A stretch of 64,000 nt of DNA, taken from assembly GCA_002269645.1 (NCBI GenBank), contig NIVC01001700.1, positions 77,923 through 141,922 of the forward strand, read 5' to 3'. This DNA comes from Macrostomum lignano (taxonomy: Eukaryota). Positions 24,590 to 37,164 of the stretch are shown piece by piece. The position numbers and the translations under genes are program-made. How positions within the stretch are numbered: position 1 is the first letter of the stretch; every line of letters starts with the position of its first letter. Under the pieces are notes generated by a model. The model saw only the letters and a list, made by a program, of their open reading frames with translations. It was not told where the DNA came from and made no database searches.

Positions 24590-25632
24590 TTGCTTGAGTC
24601 CTTTCAATTCGTCAATTCCCATCGAAAAATGGCCGGCGTTCTATTCCTCAGCGGCGTCGCCTTCCAGCTGCCATGCATCATATACTACTCGTGCTACTAT
24701 ATCAGCTACATGGCGAACATCTACTGCACTGTGATACCGGCTCTGTACACTCTGTTCAACTTCAAGGGTATCGATATGAAGCACTTCAAACCGCCGTGGC
24801 ATTATTTTCTATTTTGCTCGCTCAACGTTGTCGCCTCCTTCCTGAATCTGGTGTGCACCGTCACGTGCTTCTACCTGATGCTGCCAATTAAAGGCAGGTA
24901 CCTAGCCACCGTTAGAAAACAGTTAGAGAGACGCAAGCGGTACTGCGTATTCTTCATTGTCCTGTTGACAGTGTCCATACCCTATAATCTTATCCTATCT
25001 ATGCTGCGAAATATTCGCTTTTTGCGAGGCGAGATCGAGGTAATAAAATTAGTTTTGTCTTCTGGTAATAGCTATCATTGATATTTTATTATCATTATCC
25101 AGCCTGCACCGCTTAGATAGATTTCGCATTCAGAAGGTAGGTAGCATCTGATTGACAAATTCCGCATATTTTCTCTCCAAATTTGTTTCCATTCGAACAG
25201 GAAAACCACCAGGCGCTGATATCAACTGAAGTTAGTCGCTCGCTGATGCTCAGCCAGGGAACTTCCTCATTCTGGAGTCTTCACGCCTACCAGAACTTGC
25301 CCTGCTGCTTCAGCGACTTTTCTAGCTCAGAAGAAGCCAAGGTGCTGCCACCGGCTGAGTGCTGCCAGAGCTTCGGCCGCAACGAAGCCGCGACATTGTT
25401 CTGCACCATGTCCACTGACCGCAGCTTGCTGTGGCCCGACTGTTCCTCTGCCATCGCCAACATCACGGGTGACATCGAGGTAACTATGGACGCGCAGATG
25501 CAGATGAACCTGCTCCTAACCTGCGTCTCGATGGTTATCGCCAAATACGTGTTGCAACCGCACCTGAATATGCTGTGTGTGCGCTGCCAGCACACCTACG
25601 GCTGGCTTGGGATGAAGCGCCATGACAACTGA
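24590..25632 (+). CDS. Divergent tetraspanin-like protein; exons 24590 (or 24629)-25039 and 25201-25632
   Basis: Phase-0 GT-AG intron at 25040-25200. Three hydrophobic helices in exon 1. Exon 2 carries a large loop with PCCF, PAECC, an additional Cys and PDC, then a fourth TM (MNLLLTCVSMVIAKYVL) and a short tail. This is the EC2 Cys spacing of tetraspanins. Confidence 0.65.
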
Positions 25633-25999
25633 CTGATTACCTGTGCTAGGGGCCTTTACCTGACTGTTGCATTCTGTTAATTTTGTCAATCAGGGAGTTG
25701 CTCTTAACGCCTACTTGTTAATCCAGTGACTTCTCATCCCTAACTGAGAGCTGAGTTTAATCAATGGCATCTCAGACCTCACTAACTGAAGTTCCAATGA
25801 TTTCGGCAGTTTTACCTGTTTCTATTCAAAAATTTTCTGAGGCTAATTCAGCTTGCTCGTTGGTCAAAGATGTCAGCAATAAACAGTTTAGCACTGGTCA
25901 TTGAGTTTTAAAAGTTTTTTATTTATCAAATGTTGATGATTTTTGCTTTAGAAGCTTGGCATAACAATATCAGGGAACAACAGGAACAAGGAGTCCGAT

Positions 26000-26551
26000 T
26001 TATAGTTTTCCCAACCAGTGGGTCAGAGTGCAGCAGAGTCTCAGACAGAGTAGCGGTTTAATCAGAAGACTGATCCACTGCATATCGTTGTGCATCAGGT
26101 GCTCCATAGCGTACATGTTGGAGTAGGCCAGGTAGTAGGAAGTGCCGCAGGTGAATGCGGACAATAGCACCATGGCCTTGTACTGCATTAGCAGGGCCCA
26201 GGCTGCCACTAGGCTCTCGAACATGATGAACTCAATAATGACCCGATTAGAGGGAAGCTGGCGCAGCATCTCGTCGTTAGAGACGAAGAACATGTATGTT
26301 GCCCGCTGATTGATAACCAGATTCTCTAGAAGCAGAGACGCGGCGGCCATGTTGAAGGTGACGATGGAGCAGATGACAATACACACGCAGGAGAGGCCGT
26401 ACGCGCTGTCGGACTGTTCGTAGGCGCTGGACTTGTTTCTGGCGTGAGTGCTGGCGATTCCAGGGCCCGAGGTGGAAGTAGTAGCAGTCGTCTGCTCCAA
26501 ATCAGGCCCGAACACAAAGTCAAGGTTGACGCCCTGCTTTGTATTGCTCAT
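26000..26551 (-). CDS. Uncharacterised ~4-TM membrane protein (183 aa)
   Basis: An open 552-bp ORF with coding-like composition, a Ser/Thr-rich N-terminus and four hydrophobic stretches. Family not recognised. Confidence 0.55.
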   Translation of the reverse strand: MSNTKQGVNLDFVFGPDLEQTTATTSTSGPGIASTHARNKSSAYEQSDSAYGLSCVCIVICSIVTFNMAAASLLLENLVINQRATYMFFVSNDEMLRQLPSNRVIIEFIMFESLVAAWALLMQYKAMVLLSAFTCGTSYYLAYSNMYAMEHLMHNDMQWISLLIKPLLCLRLCCTLTHWLGKL

Positions 26552-26974
26552 ATTTTGCTTTTGAAACTGAGACAGATATTATATGGAATTCAGATTGCTA
26601 ATCACCAATGCTAAGCTGATTGAAACAAAAGGACAGACAAAACAATTTTCAAGTCAGCTTTACTCATTTCGAGCGATCCTCTTCGCCATCTCTATGGTAA
26701 CTTTTAACGTTTGGGTAGGAAAAATAGATAAAAATTCCCAAATTAAGCAAGAATTATGAGTTGAGTCGTAAAATTAAAACCAGGTTAAGAAATCTTACAA
26801 AAATGAAACTTGATTTGTACTCTGAACAGGATAAATTTACATGGGAACATGAGAGGACAGAGGCTTTGCAGCGACTTTTTATTACGCTCGTATCGTTTAT
26901 TAGCGTCTAGTGGATGTCAGGTAAATAAATTTATGCTGTAGCGTAATCACCCTCCTCGATCATTTCGATGCCCA

Positions 26975-28960
26975 TTGCTATGCACCACAGAACCACGAGC
27001 TGAATGGTGCTACTCGTACTCACAATTGATTCGGCTTACTTACAGGATCGAATTGAATGTTTTATCGAGACAACTCACAGAGGCGACCCACAGGGGACGA
27101 TGGAGTCAGGACTCCAAGCGCCGTCGGCAGCCCTTTAATGTGCGGCGCAAGGAGGTCCACGCCAATGCTCATCGAACCCATCAGGACTTGCGGCCTGCCG
27201 GAGCCTCTGGGGCCAGTGCTCCCACCCAACTCGGACCCCCAGCCACTCCTCAGGGAACTGGAGGCATCCTGCTCTGCCGCATTCAGAGCGCTGCAGGACA
27301 TCAAGTTCCCATCCGAGCGCCTGGGACACGCCTCTATTGCCGGGGAAGACAGGCGGATTCACATCATCTGCGCGTCTATATGCTCCAAAGGCCCCCCGGA
27401 CCAGCGAAGATCCATCTGAGACAGAAGCCATTTACGACACTCTGGGGTGCATGCTTGATTCTATCCCTGCTCGGGACTCTGTCATTGTTGCTGGTGATTT
27501 CATCTCGCTATTGCCAGCCTACGACCGCCAGGTGAAGAACAGCTGTGGCATCCTTAATGCCAACTCGATCATCTCTCCAACCAGTTTTATCCAGGCCATA
27601 GATATCTGATGGCTGTCAATGGCTCCATGCGATAGCGCCTCAGAAAGTTTCCAACTCTCTTTGGCCCCTTTACGGGCGAACCACTTGGCTGGACTGGATT
27701 CTCTGCCCAAGTGCATTGAGGTCCAAGGTGCGCAGAGTCCTCCTCAACATCCGCCCCGACTGAGTTCAATCTGATCACTGCCTGGTGGCAAGTGACTTCA
27801 ATCTGTTCTGGCAAAAGCTCCGGCCTGCGCCACCTCACCCGCTCTGGGCAGACTTCTGCAGTGCTTCTCCCACGGAGGCAGGCAAACCATCCAAAGGCCC
27901 TGTGGGACAGCGATCTCATCATCTCCCTGGCAAAGCGGGAGATGCAGAGCACTGCTGCACTCCACGGCCACGAAAGCGACCAGGCCAGTGCTGCCAGAGA
28001 CGAGCTGCAGCGCACCTGAAGCTGCCCGAGCGCACCACAATAATCACGACCCCGCTGAACAAGCAGTGCAGCTTTGGAGGCAACGAGACCGTTTGATCAA
28101 CTCCTCGGCAATGGCGCACCTCCAAGATTGTCTCTATCCCGTAGAAAGGCGTCCTGGAAATCTGGACAACCAGCGGGGCATCGCGCTAGAATGCACAACT
28201 CCGAAGCTGCTGAACGCAATTCTGCGCAACAGCCTCCTGCCCGGCCTCAGCCCGCTGCTGCTGAGCCTCCAAAGCAAGCGTCTTCTATAGATTCTATAGA
28301 TTAAATGCCACCATCCTCTTTGTCATCGAGGCCTGCAAGACGCGCCAGCCCTCCGTGGCAATCCTCTTTGTTGACTCCCGCAGGCGTTTGACTCGGTGTC
28401 CAGGCCTGACTCCAGGGCCTAATTTGTCATATCGAGCGATGATCCCACAGAAAGTTCAGCACCGCTCAGGCGTCCTTGGGTTCCTGTTTTGCTGCCCGCT
28501 CTCGCGTATTATGACGAATTACGTATTATGACGCTGCTGCTCTGCCGCGATTTAACTGCCGCCCAGCGCGCTCTCACAAGGCCTGCGCGAGGGCACCCTT
28601 GCTGGGCTGCTCACAAATCTCAAATACCACCACAACTCTCACGCTGCCCAATGGAGACGGCATCGCGGCGTGCGAGGATTTCCGTTACCTCAGCGCCCTG
28701 GCGCGCCACGTACCTCCTCAGAAACGTCTCAATCCAGCTGGCCAGAGACGACCCGAAGGTGCTCCTATTCCGCACGGCCGTAGAGCCGATTCTCCTTTAC
28801 GGCATGGAGACTGTGCCGCTGACCGAGACGCGAGAGAGAGCCCTGGATGCGCTCTACTGATCGCTGCTGCGCTCTTGCTGCACCGGCCGACTGAGCAACT
28901 GCGCTGCGGCCAGGCCCGCGCACTGCCAAGTGGGCCAAGGGTCTACTCTCTGCGTCCTAA
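26975..28960 (+). mobile_element. Decayed non-LTR retrotransposon (RTE-like LINE): endonuclease and RT fragments
   Basis: Fragments across shifting frames: SVIVAGDF (APE endonuclease), LDNQRGIAL...KLLNAILRN, ILFVDSRQAFDSV, FRYL, LFRTAVEPILLYGMET...LDALY. Confidence 0.8.
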
Positions 28961-30959
28961 TATATGATGACTAAATATATACGGAAGAACTGAAAGTACA
29001 ACAAAAAAACAAAAATACCATGATATATTAGTATGCAAACATTCTAAGTAATGTTTATTAACTTAGAGCAAACATAAAAATTGTGGTGAATTAACAAGAT
29101 AGCAATGATTTTAGACGACATATTTAAGTTCCTCGGTTCTTATAAATTGCGTCTCGATTCAATCTGACTATTAAATTATATTAATTTAAGCGCGCACACA
29201 CGCGACGGGAGCCTTAATCTACGGATTACTAGCACTGTTATAAAACGCCTTGTGCAGTTCTTTCTTTGTAAAATTTGTGCATAAGCCATTGTATTTAGGT
29301 TAATGGGTTGAAAAAGCGAACACCGTTTTTGCAAAAGTTTTACATAAAAACACAATCGTGGTCACTGGTCAAGGCCAAGGCCAAGGGTCGAATATTTTTG
29401 GCACTACTCACTGACCAGAGTACTATTGTGTCTAATTTGGCTCAAACAATGTCTGCATATTAATTTTATTTCAGGCAGCTGGTTTTGTAGTTACAAAAAC
29501 CAAGCTAGATTAAAGATTTATATAACTACCAACCAGGCTTAATAGGCCTGTATAGCCTATAAATACTAAAACAGTGAATAAAAAGATTGACATTGGCTAT
29601 TTAATTTACTTTTTGACAGCTTCTGCTTTTTGTCAGGCCTAGTTACTAATACTAATTTTTTAAGAAAAACTGGAATCATATATTTATTTCAACTTCAACT
29701 AGTGCCATCAACCATCATATCATGGATATTTCTTCAATTATAACACAAGTAAATGACCCTGACTTTGTTTCAACTGATGTTGAGAGGCCTAATTTAGAAG
29801 TAAAATCAAATCCTGAAAATAAAGCCTCTTCAAATAATGATGCTTCAAATATGGAACATTCAAATAATAGGCCTAATCATGGCCAAGGTAAGAAATCTTA
29901 GAGCTTGATATTATTTGGCATTATTTATACTAATAACAGACCCTTTGATAAGTCTATTTTTTTGAAAATAATATATAAGTAAAACTAATTTAAATTATTG
30001 GTGCAATAATAAAATTTTATAAACAGAAACAAATAATAATAAATTTAATAAATACAATATCTCTAATATTAATAATAATGCAAATAAAACAAAATCTTAA
30101 CTTAATTAATTATGAACTTTAATTAATAAACAAAAAATTTTATTCCTTGCACATGAGCATTACTTTGATTTACTTCTTTTCTAATCTTACAAAACTTTCT
30201 AATATGCCTACTATAATACAATCTATATACTTATGCCTATAATACCTATAAAAAATAGTACTTTGAAACAACCTTTATGTTTATTTTTTTATTAATTAAA
30301 CGACTTTCAAGTTTTAAGTAAATAATACTTTTAGCTTGTTTTTTCACTTTTAGTAGTATTTTAAATACAAGTTTTATTTATTTTTTGCTACTTTTTAGTA
30401 CATAAATTGCTTTGATGACCTTTCTATATTGGCCAAAAAGATAGAAAAGCAAAGACAGTGCATCATGAAACCTGTTTTGGAAAAAAGTGTAAATTTCCTA
30501 TATTTTTTTGTTATTATTAATAGATCAATGCTTATTAGTAAATATATCAGTTTTGCCATCAACAGAAGTTTAAGATTTTCATTAATAGTAAGAATACCAA
30601 GCCATTTTCCACCCATCAAACTACCAAGAAGGGGGGATTTCCCCCCTGACAATTTTTTTGCTATGCTAGAACAGAGCAACGCAGGCATGTGAAATTCAAG
30701 AACACAAGCCAACTTTTTGTTGCGCACCTTCTCAATAAGAATCAAGTTATCAACCCTCCGGACCATTGAGATATTCGACAATTCTGCCAAAAAGTCCCAA
30801 TTTTTCCTATAAGTGCCAATTTATTCAGTACACTTGTGCGCCAATCAGCACTGCACCTCAGTGCAGCTTTGCCAAGTCTCCAAATTTTATCAACACATCG
30901 ACCATATGTGTTTGCATCAGCTCTGACTTTGTTGGTCACTAGCCTTTGTCCTGGTAGAA

Positions 30960-31720
30960 CTTCTGGACCTTCAACAGGTGGTACTAGGTGACTATGGACA
31001 TGTTGTTGCAAATTTCTCTAGTTTTGCTGATCAAGCCTCGACAGTGGGCAAGCCTCAACTGCTGGACATCCTCAGCTAGTCTCTCAAGCATTCTGTCATC
31101 ACCCTGACACCATCGGCACCTTCAACAGATGACACCAAGTGACTATGAACATCCTATTGCAAATACATCAGATTTTTTTTATTAAGCTTCAATAATGGGC
31201 AAGCCTCAACTGGTAGACATTCTCAGCTAGTTTCTTGAACATTCTGTCATAACCCCAATGCCATTGGCACCTTCAACAGATGATACTAGGCAACAACTAT
31301 AAACACTCTGATATAAATTTCTCTAGTTTTGCCCATTAAGCCTCAACAGTGTTCAAGCCTTAATTGTCAGACACCCTCAACTAGTCTCCTAGGCATTCTG
31401 TCATCACCCTGACACTATCGGCACCTTCAACAGGTAGCATCAGGTGACTATGGACATCCTTTTGTAACTATGTCAGGTTTTTCTTATCAAGCTTCAATAA
31501 TGGGCAAACCTGAACTGCTACACATCCTCAACTAGTTTCTCAAGCATTCAATCATTGCCCCAACACCATTAGCTCCTTCAACAGATAATACCAGGTGACT
31601 GTGGACACATAATTCCGAATTTCTTTGATGTTGCTGACCAACATCAATAATTGGAAACTAACGAAACTTTAACTTCTGGTCATTCTCAGCTAGACTCTCA
31701 AACAGTCTATCATCACCGGA
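30960..31720. repeat. Degenerate ~151-bp tandem repeat, ~5 copies, CpG-depleted
   Basis: The anchor CTTCAACAG occurs at 30969, 31120, 31271, 31425 and 31576. Confidence 0.85.
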
Positions 31721-32535
31721 CATGATTATGTAAATGTGAGGACATAATTTGTTAATTAAACTGTAATTTGAACAGATTCTTTGCAAGGGAGATCGCCCAT
31801 TCTGCTAGCCCCTGGCAACCAAGGACTCCCATTAAAGTGATGTTGCTCAAGGGACCCACTGGTCTTGCCTCTAGTGTGGTCCTCCTCACTAATGATAGGG
31901 AAGAACTCAAATCATCCTATGTCCCTGAGGTACCAGGCAAGCAATAGTATGCTTTTAGGCCTGCAAATATTGGAGAAAACCAGGTTTGGCCCAAAGTGAG
32001 TAAGCCTGGTCCTGGTGAGAATTGGGCAGTGGCAAATAAGTTGCTTAGCATTGTACTGTCTAAATTACAAAAAGCATTACTCCTTAGGTACCTGGCCTTG
32101 GAGGAAGTAATAGCAAATGAAGTCAGCCATGCTGACTACTCTAAGATCCCTTTGGTTGAGCATAAAGAAGGTTCTATCTAGCTGGGGGTAGCAAGGGATG
32201 GCAGCACAGGATTGCCTGCGATTCCAAGTGTTGCACCACTTGGCAGATGCTTGGAGTCAGCCAAGCACTATGCACTTCACTAAGATTGAGAGGGGGCTAG
32301 GACAAGTGGTAGTAAGTCTATTCAAATACAATGCCATGTATTTTACATTAAATTTACAATTTTTACAAAACAAACTTGTTACATGTTCTATCTAATCAAT
32401 GCCATTTTATCTACTCATAACATTTTGTGCCTAGATATTTTCCATAAAATTAAGTCTTCTGTTTTGGTTTGGATCTTGAAAATTCAAAAAAACTATCCAG
32501 AAATGGGTTTCGGGTAGGGTACATGACCAAAACTT

Positions 32536-35500
32536 ATGATTTTCTTACCACCAGGTGATACTGCAGCAGCTTCGGATGAGGTCATCAGTCCGATTGTGCA
32601 GGACCCGGCAGAAAAAGCCGACACAGATGGGCCAACAGTTGATGTCGTTACTGTCAACGAGCCGTCAAAGCCTCGGCCGCTTCGAGAGCTGCTTTGCTGC
32701 TTCTGCTTTAATCGGCGCTCGTCCACTAGGAGGCGCCAACAACAGCAGCAGCAACAGCAGCACCACAACCATCACCATCATCACCATCACGGGCAGAATG
32801 GCCAGACATTCTCTATCGACCTGCTGGGACCGCGAGATCCCGACTTGGGCGATAAGATTTGTGCTGTTATTGACCTGGACGAAACTCTGGTGCACAGCTC
32901 ATTCAAGGTTGGGCATTGGCTTTGCTACCAGGTTTCCACTGGGCCAGCCTCCCAGATCCTCAGTTGCTGGGCCAGCCTCCCAGAGTGTCAGTTGCTGGGC
33001 CAGCCTCCCAGATCGTCAGTTGCTGGGCCAGACTCTCAGATCGTCAGTTGCTGGGCCAGCCTCCCAACTCTTCAGTTGCTGGGCCAGCCTCCCAAATCCT
33101 CAGTTGCTGGGCCAGCCTTCCAGATCCTCAGTTGCTGGGCCAGCTTCTCAGATCCCCAGTTGCTGGGCCAACCTCCCAGATCGTCAGTTGCTGGGCCAGC
33201 CTCCCAGACCCTCAGTTGCTGGGCCAGCCTCCCAGATCCTCAGTTGCTGGGCCAGCTTTTCAGATCCCCAGTTGCTAGGCCAGCTTCTCAGATCCCCAGT
33301 TGCTGGGCTAACCTCCCAGATCGTCAGTTGCTGGGCCAGCCTCCCAGATCGTCAGTTGCTGAGCCAGCCTCCCAGATCCTCAGTTGCTGAGCCATCCTCC
33401 CAGATCCTCAGTTGCTCAGCCACATCCTCCCAGATCGTCAGTTGCTGGGCCAGCCTCCCAGATCCTCAGTTGCTGGGCCAGCCTCCCAGATTCTCAGTTG
33501 CTGGGCCAGCCTCCCAGATCCTCAGTTGCTGGGCCAGCCTCTTAGATCCTCAGTTGCTCAGCCACATCCTCCCAGATCGTCAGTTGCTGGGCCAGCCTCC
33601 CAGATCCTCAGTTGCTGGGCCAGCCTCCCAGATTCTCAGTTGCTGGGCCAGCCTCCCAGATCCTCAGTTGCTGGGCCAGCCTCTTAGATCCTCAGTTGCT
33701 GGGCCAGCCTCTTAGATCCTCAGTTGCTGGGCCAGCCTCCCAGATCTTCAGTTGCTGGGCCAGCCTCCCAGATCCTCAGTTGCTGGGCAAACGTCCTTCA
33801 GGTCCTCAAAATAACATTTATATTCGACCTGAAATTAGCTCTCGACCTCGCTATATAATTTTTCTAACAGTTTGTCGATGAGCCGGACTTTGTCATCGAC
33901 GTTGAAATCGAAGGCCTGGTGCACCAGGTGTACGTGTTGAAGCGGCCATACGCGGACGAATTCCTGGAAAGAATGGGCCAGCTGTACGAATGCGTGCTCT
34001 TCACCGCCAGCCTCGCTAAGGTATTTCTTGCACCGTTAGCTCTCAATAGAACCTTTGTCCGCTGATTAGTGCTCAAGCCCCTAATTAATGTGGCCCCACG
34101 CGCGGAATCGAACCCGGGGTCACTGGCGATCGCGTTCTCCCAGAGTGTCATTTTAAACAGTAATATTTTCACCCGCAGTACGCAGACCCCGTGTCGGACC
34201 GTCTGGACCGGTGGTCCACATTCAAGCACCGCCTGTTTCGCGAGTCCTGCGTCCTTCACTGCGACAATTTCGTGAAGGACCTGGCCCAGCTGGGCCGGCC
34301 GGTTGACCGCTGCGTTATCATTGATAATTCGCCCGCGTCCTACATGTTCAATACGGAGAATGCGGTTCGTGTCCTTGGCTGGCTTGATTTACAGTCATCT
34401 GGATTGGAAAGCTCACAGACAGAAAACTGTAGTTCTTTAAGCTCTCATCTTTTTCAATTTTCGGGTCTGATGCTATCTGGATTTCAGAATCATTATATAA
34501 TCTTATTTCGACCTAGGTTTCGAGGTTTCAGAATCTTGATTTTAATGATTTGTGACCTGGATTTGATGATTTGTGACCTGGATTTGATGATTTGTGACCT
34601 GGATTTATTTAATTGTGACTTGAATTTGATGATTTGTGACCTGGATCTGATGATTTGTGACCTAGATTTGATGATTTGTGACCTGGATCTGATGATTTGT
34701 GACCTGGATTTGATGATTTGTGACCCGGATTTAATGATTTGTGACCTGGATTTGATGATTTTGACCTAGATTAGATGATTTGTGACCTGGATTTGATGAT
34801 TTTGACCTAGATTAGATGATTTGTGACCCGGGTTTGATGATTTTTGACCTGGATCTGATTATTTGTGACCTGGATTTGATTATTTGTGACCTGGATTTAT
34901 TTAACTGTGACTTGCATTTGATGATTTGTGACCTGGATTTAATGGTATGTGACCTGGATTTGGTGATTTGTGACCTGAATTTGATGATTTGTGACCTGGA
35001 TTTGATGATTTGTGACCTGGATTTAATGGTATGTGACCTGGATTTGGTGATTTGTGACCTGGATTTGATGATTTGTGACCTGGATTTGATGATTTGTGAC
35101 CTGGATTTGATTAGTTGTGAGCTGAATTTGGTGAGTCCTGACCTGGACTTGATCATTGTTACCTGAATTTATTGTTTTTTTACCTTCATTTGCTGATTGG
35201 TGCTCTAAATTTGATGACTTGTGATCCTTATTTAATCATAATTTGAGATCCGGATTAAAATGTTTTAGAATTATATGTCAAAATTAAGGTTCTAAATCTC
35301 ATTATTTTTGAAATTTGGGCTTCATGGTTTGCATCTTTGAATTACCATGACCCTGTCTGCTCCGCAGATCCGGGTGCACACCTGGGTGGGCGACCAGGCC
35401 GACACTGAGCTGCGCGACCTGCTACCTTATATGGAGCGGCTTGCTGCCGCGGCCTCCGTTCCTGAATTCCTTCGCGACTACCCGCCTCTGTCGCAGGCCC

Positions 35501-35871
35501 ATCAACTGCCGGCAACATTTGCTGGTCCGCCAGCCGACGTTGTCGCTGCTGTTAGCGACCGGGGAGACGCTGAAAATAGTTCCAATGTCGCTGCCGACGT
35601 CGCTAATGATGTCGCTAATGATGTCGCTGCCGACGTCGCTAATGATGTCGCTAATGATGTCGCTAATGATGTCGCTGCCGACGTCGCTAATGATGTCGCT
35701 GCCGACGTCGCTAATGATGTCGCTAATGATGTCGCTGCCGACGTCGCTAATAATGTCGCCGCCAATGTCGCAGGTACGGACGGCGATGCTGTCCAGCTGC
35801 AGGATATTCGGCCAGTTGTGGAAACCTCACCAAATTTGTTGGGCCTCTCGTCTCCGGATTCGTCACCCTAG
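32536..35871 (+). CDS. CTDSPL: CTD small phosphatase (SCP/CTDSP/CTDSPL family); exons 32536-32907, 33871-34020, 34179-34364, 35368-35871
   Basis: All introns are phase-0 GT-AG. Catalytic [11 protein letters not shown], then [18 protein letters not shown]|[24 protein letters not shown] and [10 protein letters not shown]-terminal LLCCFCF palmitoylation-like motif. The symbol is at family level; paralog identity is uncertain. Confidence 0.93.
32941..33790. repeat. Minisatellite, 28-bp unit CAGTTGCTGGGCCAGCCTCCCAGATCCT (CTDSP intron 1)
   Basis: Direct reading; period 28. Confidence 0.95.
34535..35160. repeat. Minisatellite, 21-bp unit GATTTGTGACCTGGATTTGAT (CTDSP intron 3)
   Basis: Direct reading. 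Confidence 0.93.
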
Positions 35872-35949
35872 ATATCACAATATACAATTAAACTGACTGT
35901 TTGTATGTGTCGCGCCGTTCTTTCAGATAACCAGTCTGTCAGGGGTCGG

Positions 35950-36200
35950 TTACTCAGTCTGTCAGATCTGTTACTCAGTCTGTCAGATCAGTTACTCAGT
36001 CTGTCAGATCTGTTACTCAGTCTGTCAGATCAGTTACTCAGTCTGTCAGATCAGTTACTCAGTCTGTCAGATCAGTTACTCAGTCTGTCAGATCAGTTAC
36101 TCAGTCTGTCCGTTCAGTTACTCAGTCTGTCAGATCAGTTACTCAGTCTGTCAGATCAGTTACTCAGTCTGTCAGATCAGTTACTCAGTCTGTCAGATCA
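35950..36200. repeat. Minisatellite, 21-bp unit TTACTCAGTCTGTCAGATCAG
   Basis: About 12 copies downstream of the CTDSP stop codon. Confidence 0.93.
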
Positions 36201-37164
36201 GGTAAACAGCCTGTCAGTTGGGCTAATTCATCCAAGCCTGGAATTTCGCTTCAAAGTTCCACTGGCCTTAAAATGGCGTCTTAGCAACTAGAATATATTT
36301 CTGTCTGTTAGTGCTAACTATGCTACTATCTTCTGTGTTAGTAGCGAGCTTTGAGCATGCTCTGAGAGAATGATCTCAATATTACTTGTGTATTGCAAAT
36401 AGACATTTATATCTGATGTGGCCAACGCCCCATGCATGTACAGCAAACCGTTTTTATATATTTATTAAGATAAATTAATCCTTGCATAGATATACTTTCG
36501 CTGATGTTTACTTGTCTTTATAAATTCGCTATTGCACATGAATCCTCCAAAATGTTTTCCGTCAAAATGCAGTGTGAAGAAGCTATAATAGAAAAAAATA
36601 ATTGCCTGAGTTGCTTCACTGCACTGCTGCTTCCAGCCAGTAAGTGTTTATTAATCGTGTTTGAAATTATCCCAACCTTATCAGGCCAACGATTCAATAT
36701 GGATCTGCTTGGACTCGTTCTTTTACCTGTGTCTGTACAGTTTTACTTGTGTTTTTTTAATGTCGCGTCTTTGCCAATAAATCTTCCTTCTTCTCTCGTG
36801 GCTTCTGTTAGTCTGCTTCTCTGTAAAATTGCTTCTTCTAAAAGCAAAATCGCAGCAAGTTGATTAACCCATGTTTAATAAAAGTTTTTTATATTAATAA
36901 TAACATTTTTATCGCTCGCATGACTGGCCTGGAATCTCTTGGCCTAACATCTGTGACCCAAGTATCTTCCTAGTTGCTTTTCACCGAATTTAAATACATT
37001 TTCGCAGCCCGCCCCCGGCTTTTTATATCTATTTTTGTCTGAATCCGTTTTTACTGTCTGTCGCAGTCTTGCTGCAAAAACTGCTTTGATTGTTTCCGCT
37101 ATTTTGTCTCGCTTTTACTCTGACTGGGAACTTCTCGTTGCGATGGTACTGTACCTCTCCTAAG

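Noticed and set aside
32908-33881. Extension of CTDSP exon 1 and overlapping ORFs through the repeat
   Set aside because: The catalytic domain continues only after splicing to 33871; the ORFs are repeat read-through.
34090-34160. tRNA-like sequence on minus in CTDSP intron 2 (GGTTCGATTCC...GGGGCCA)
   Set aside because: B-box only; the T-stem and acceptor stem do not pair. At most a decayed SINE or tRNA fragment.
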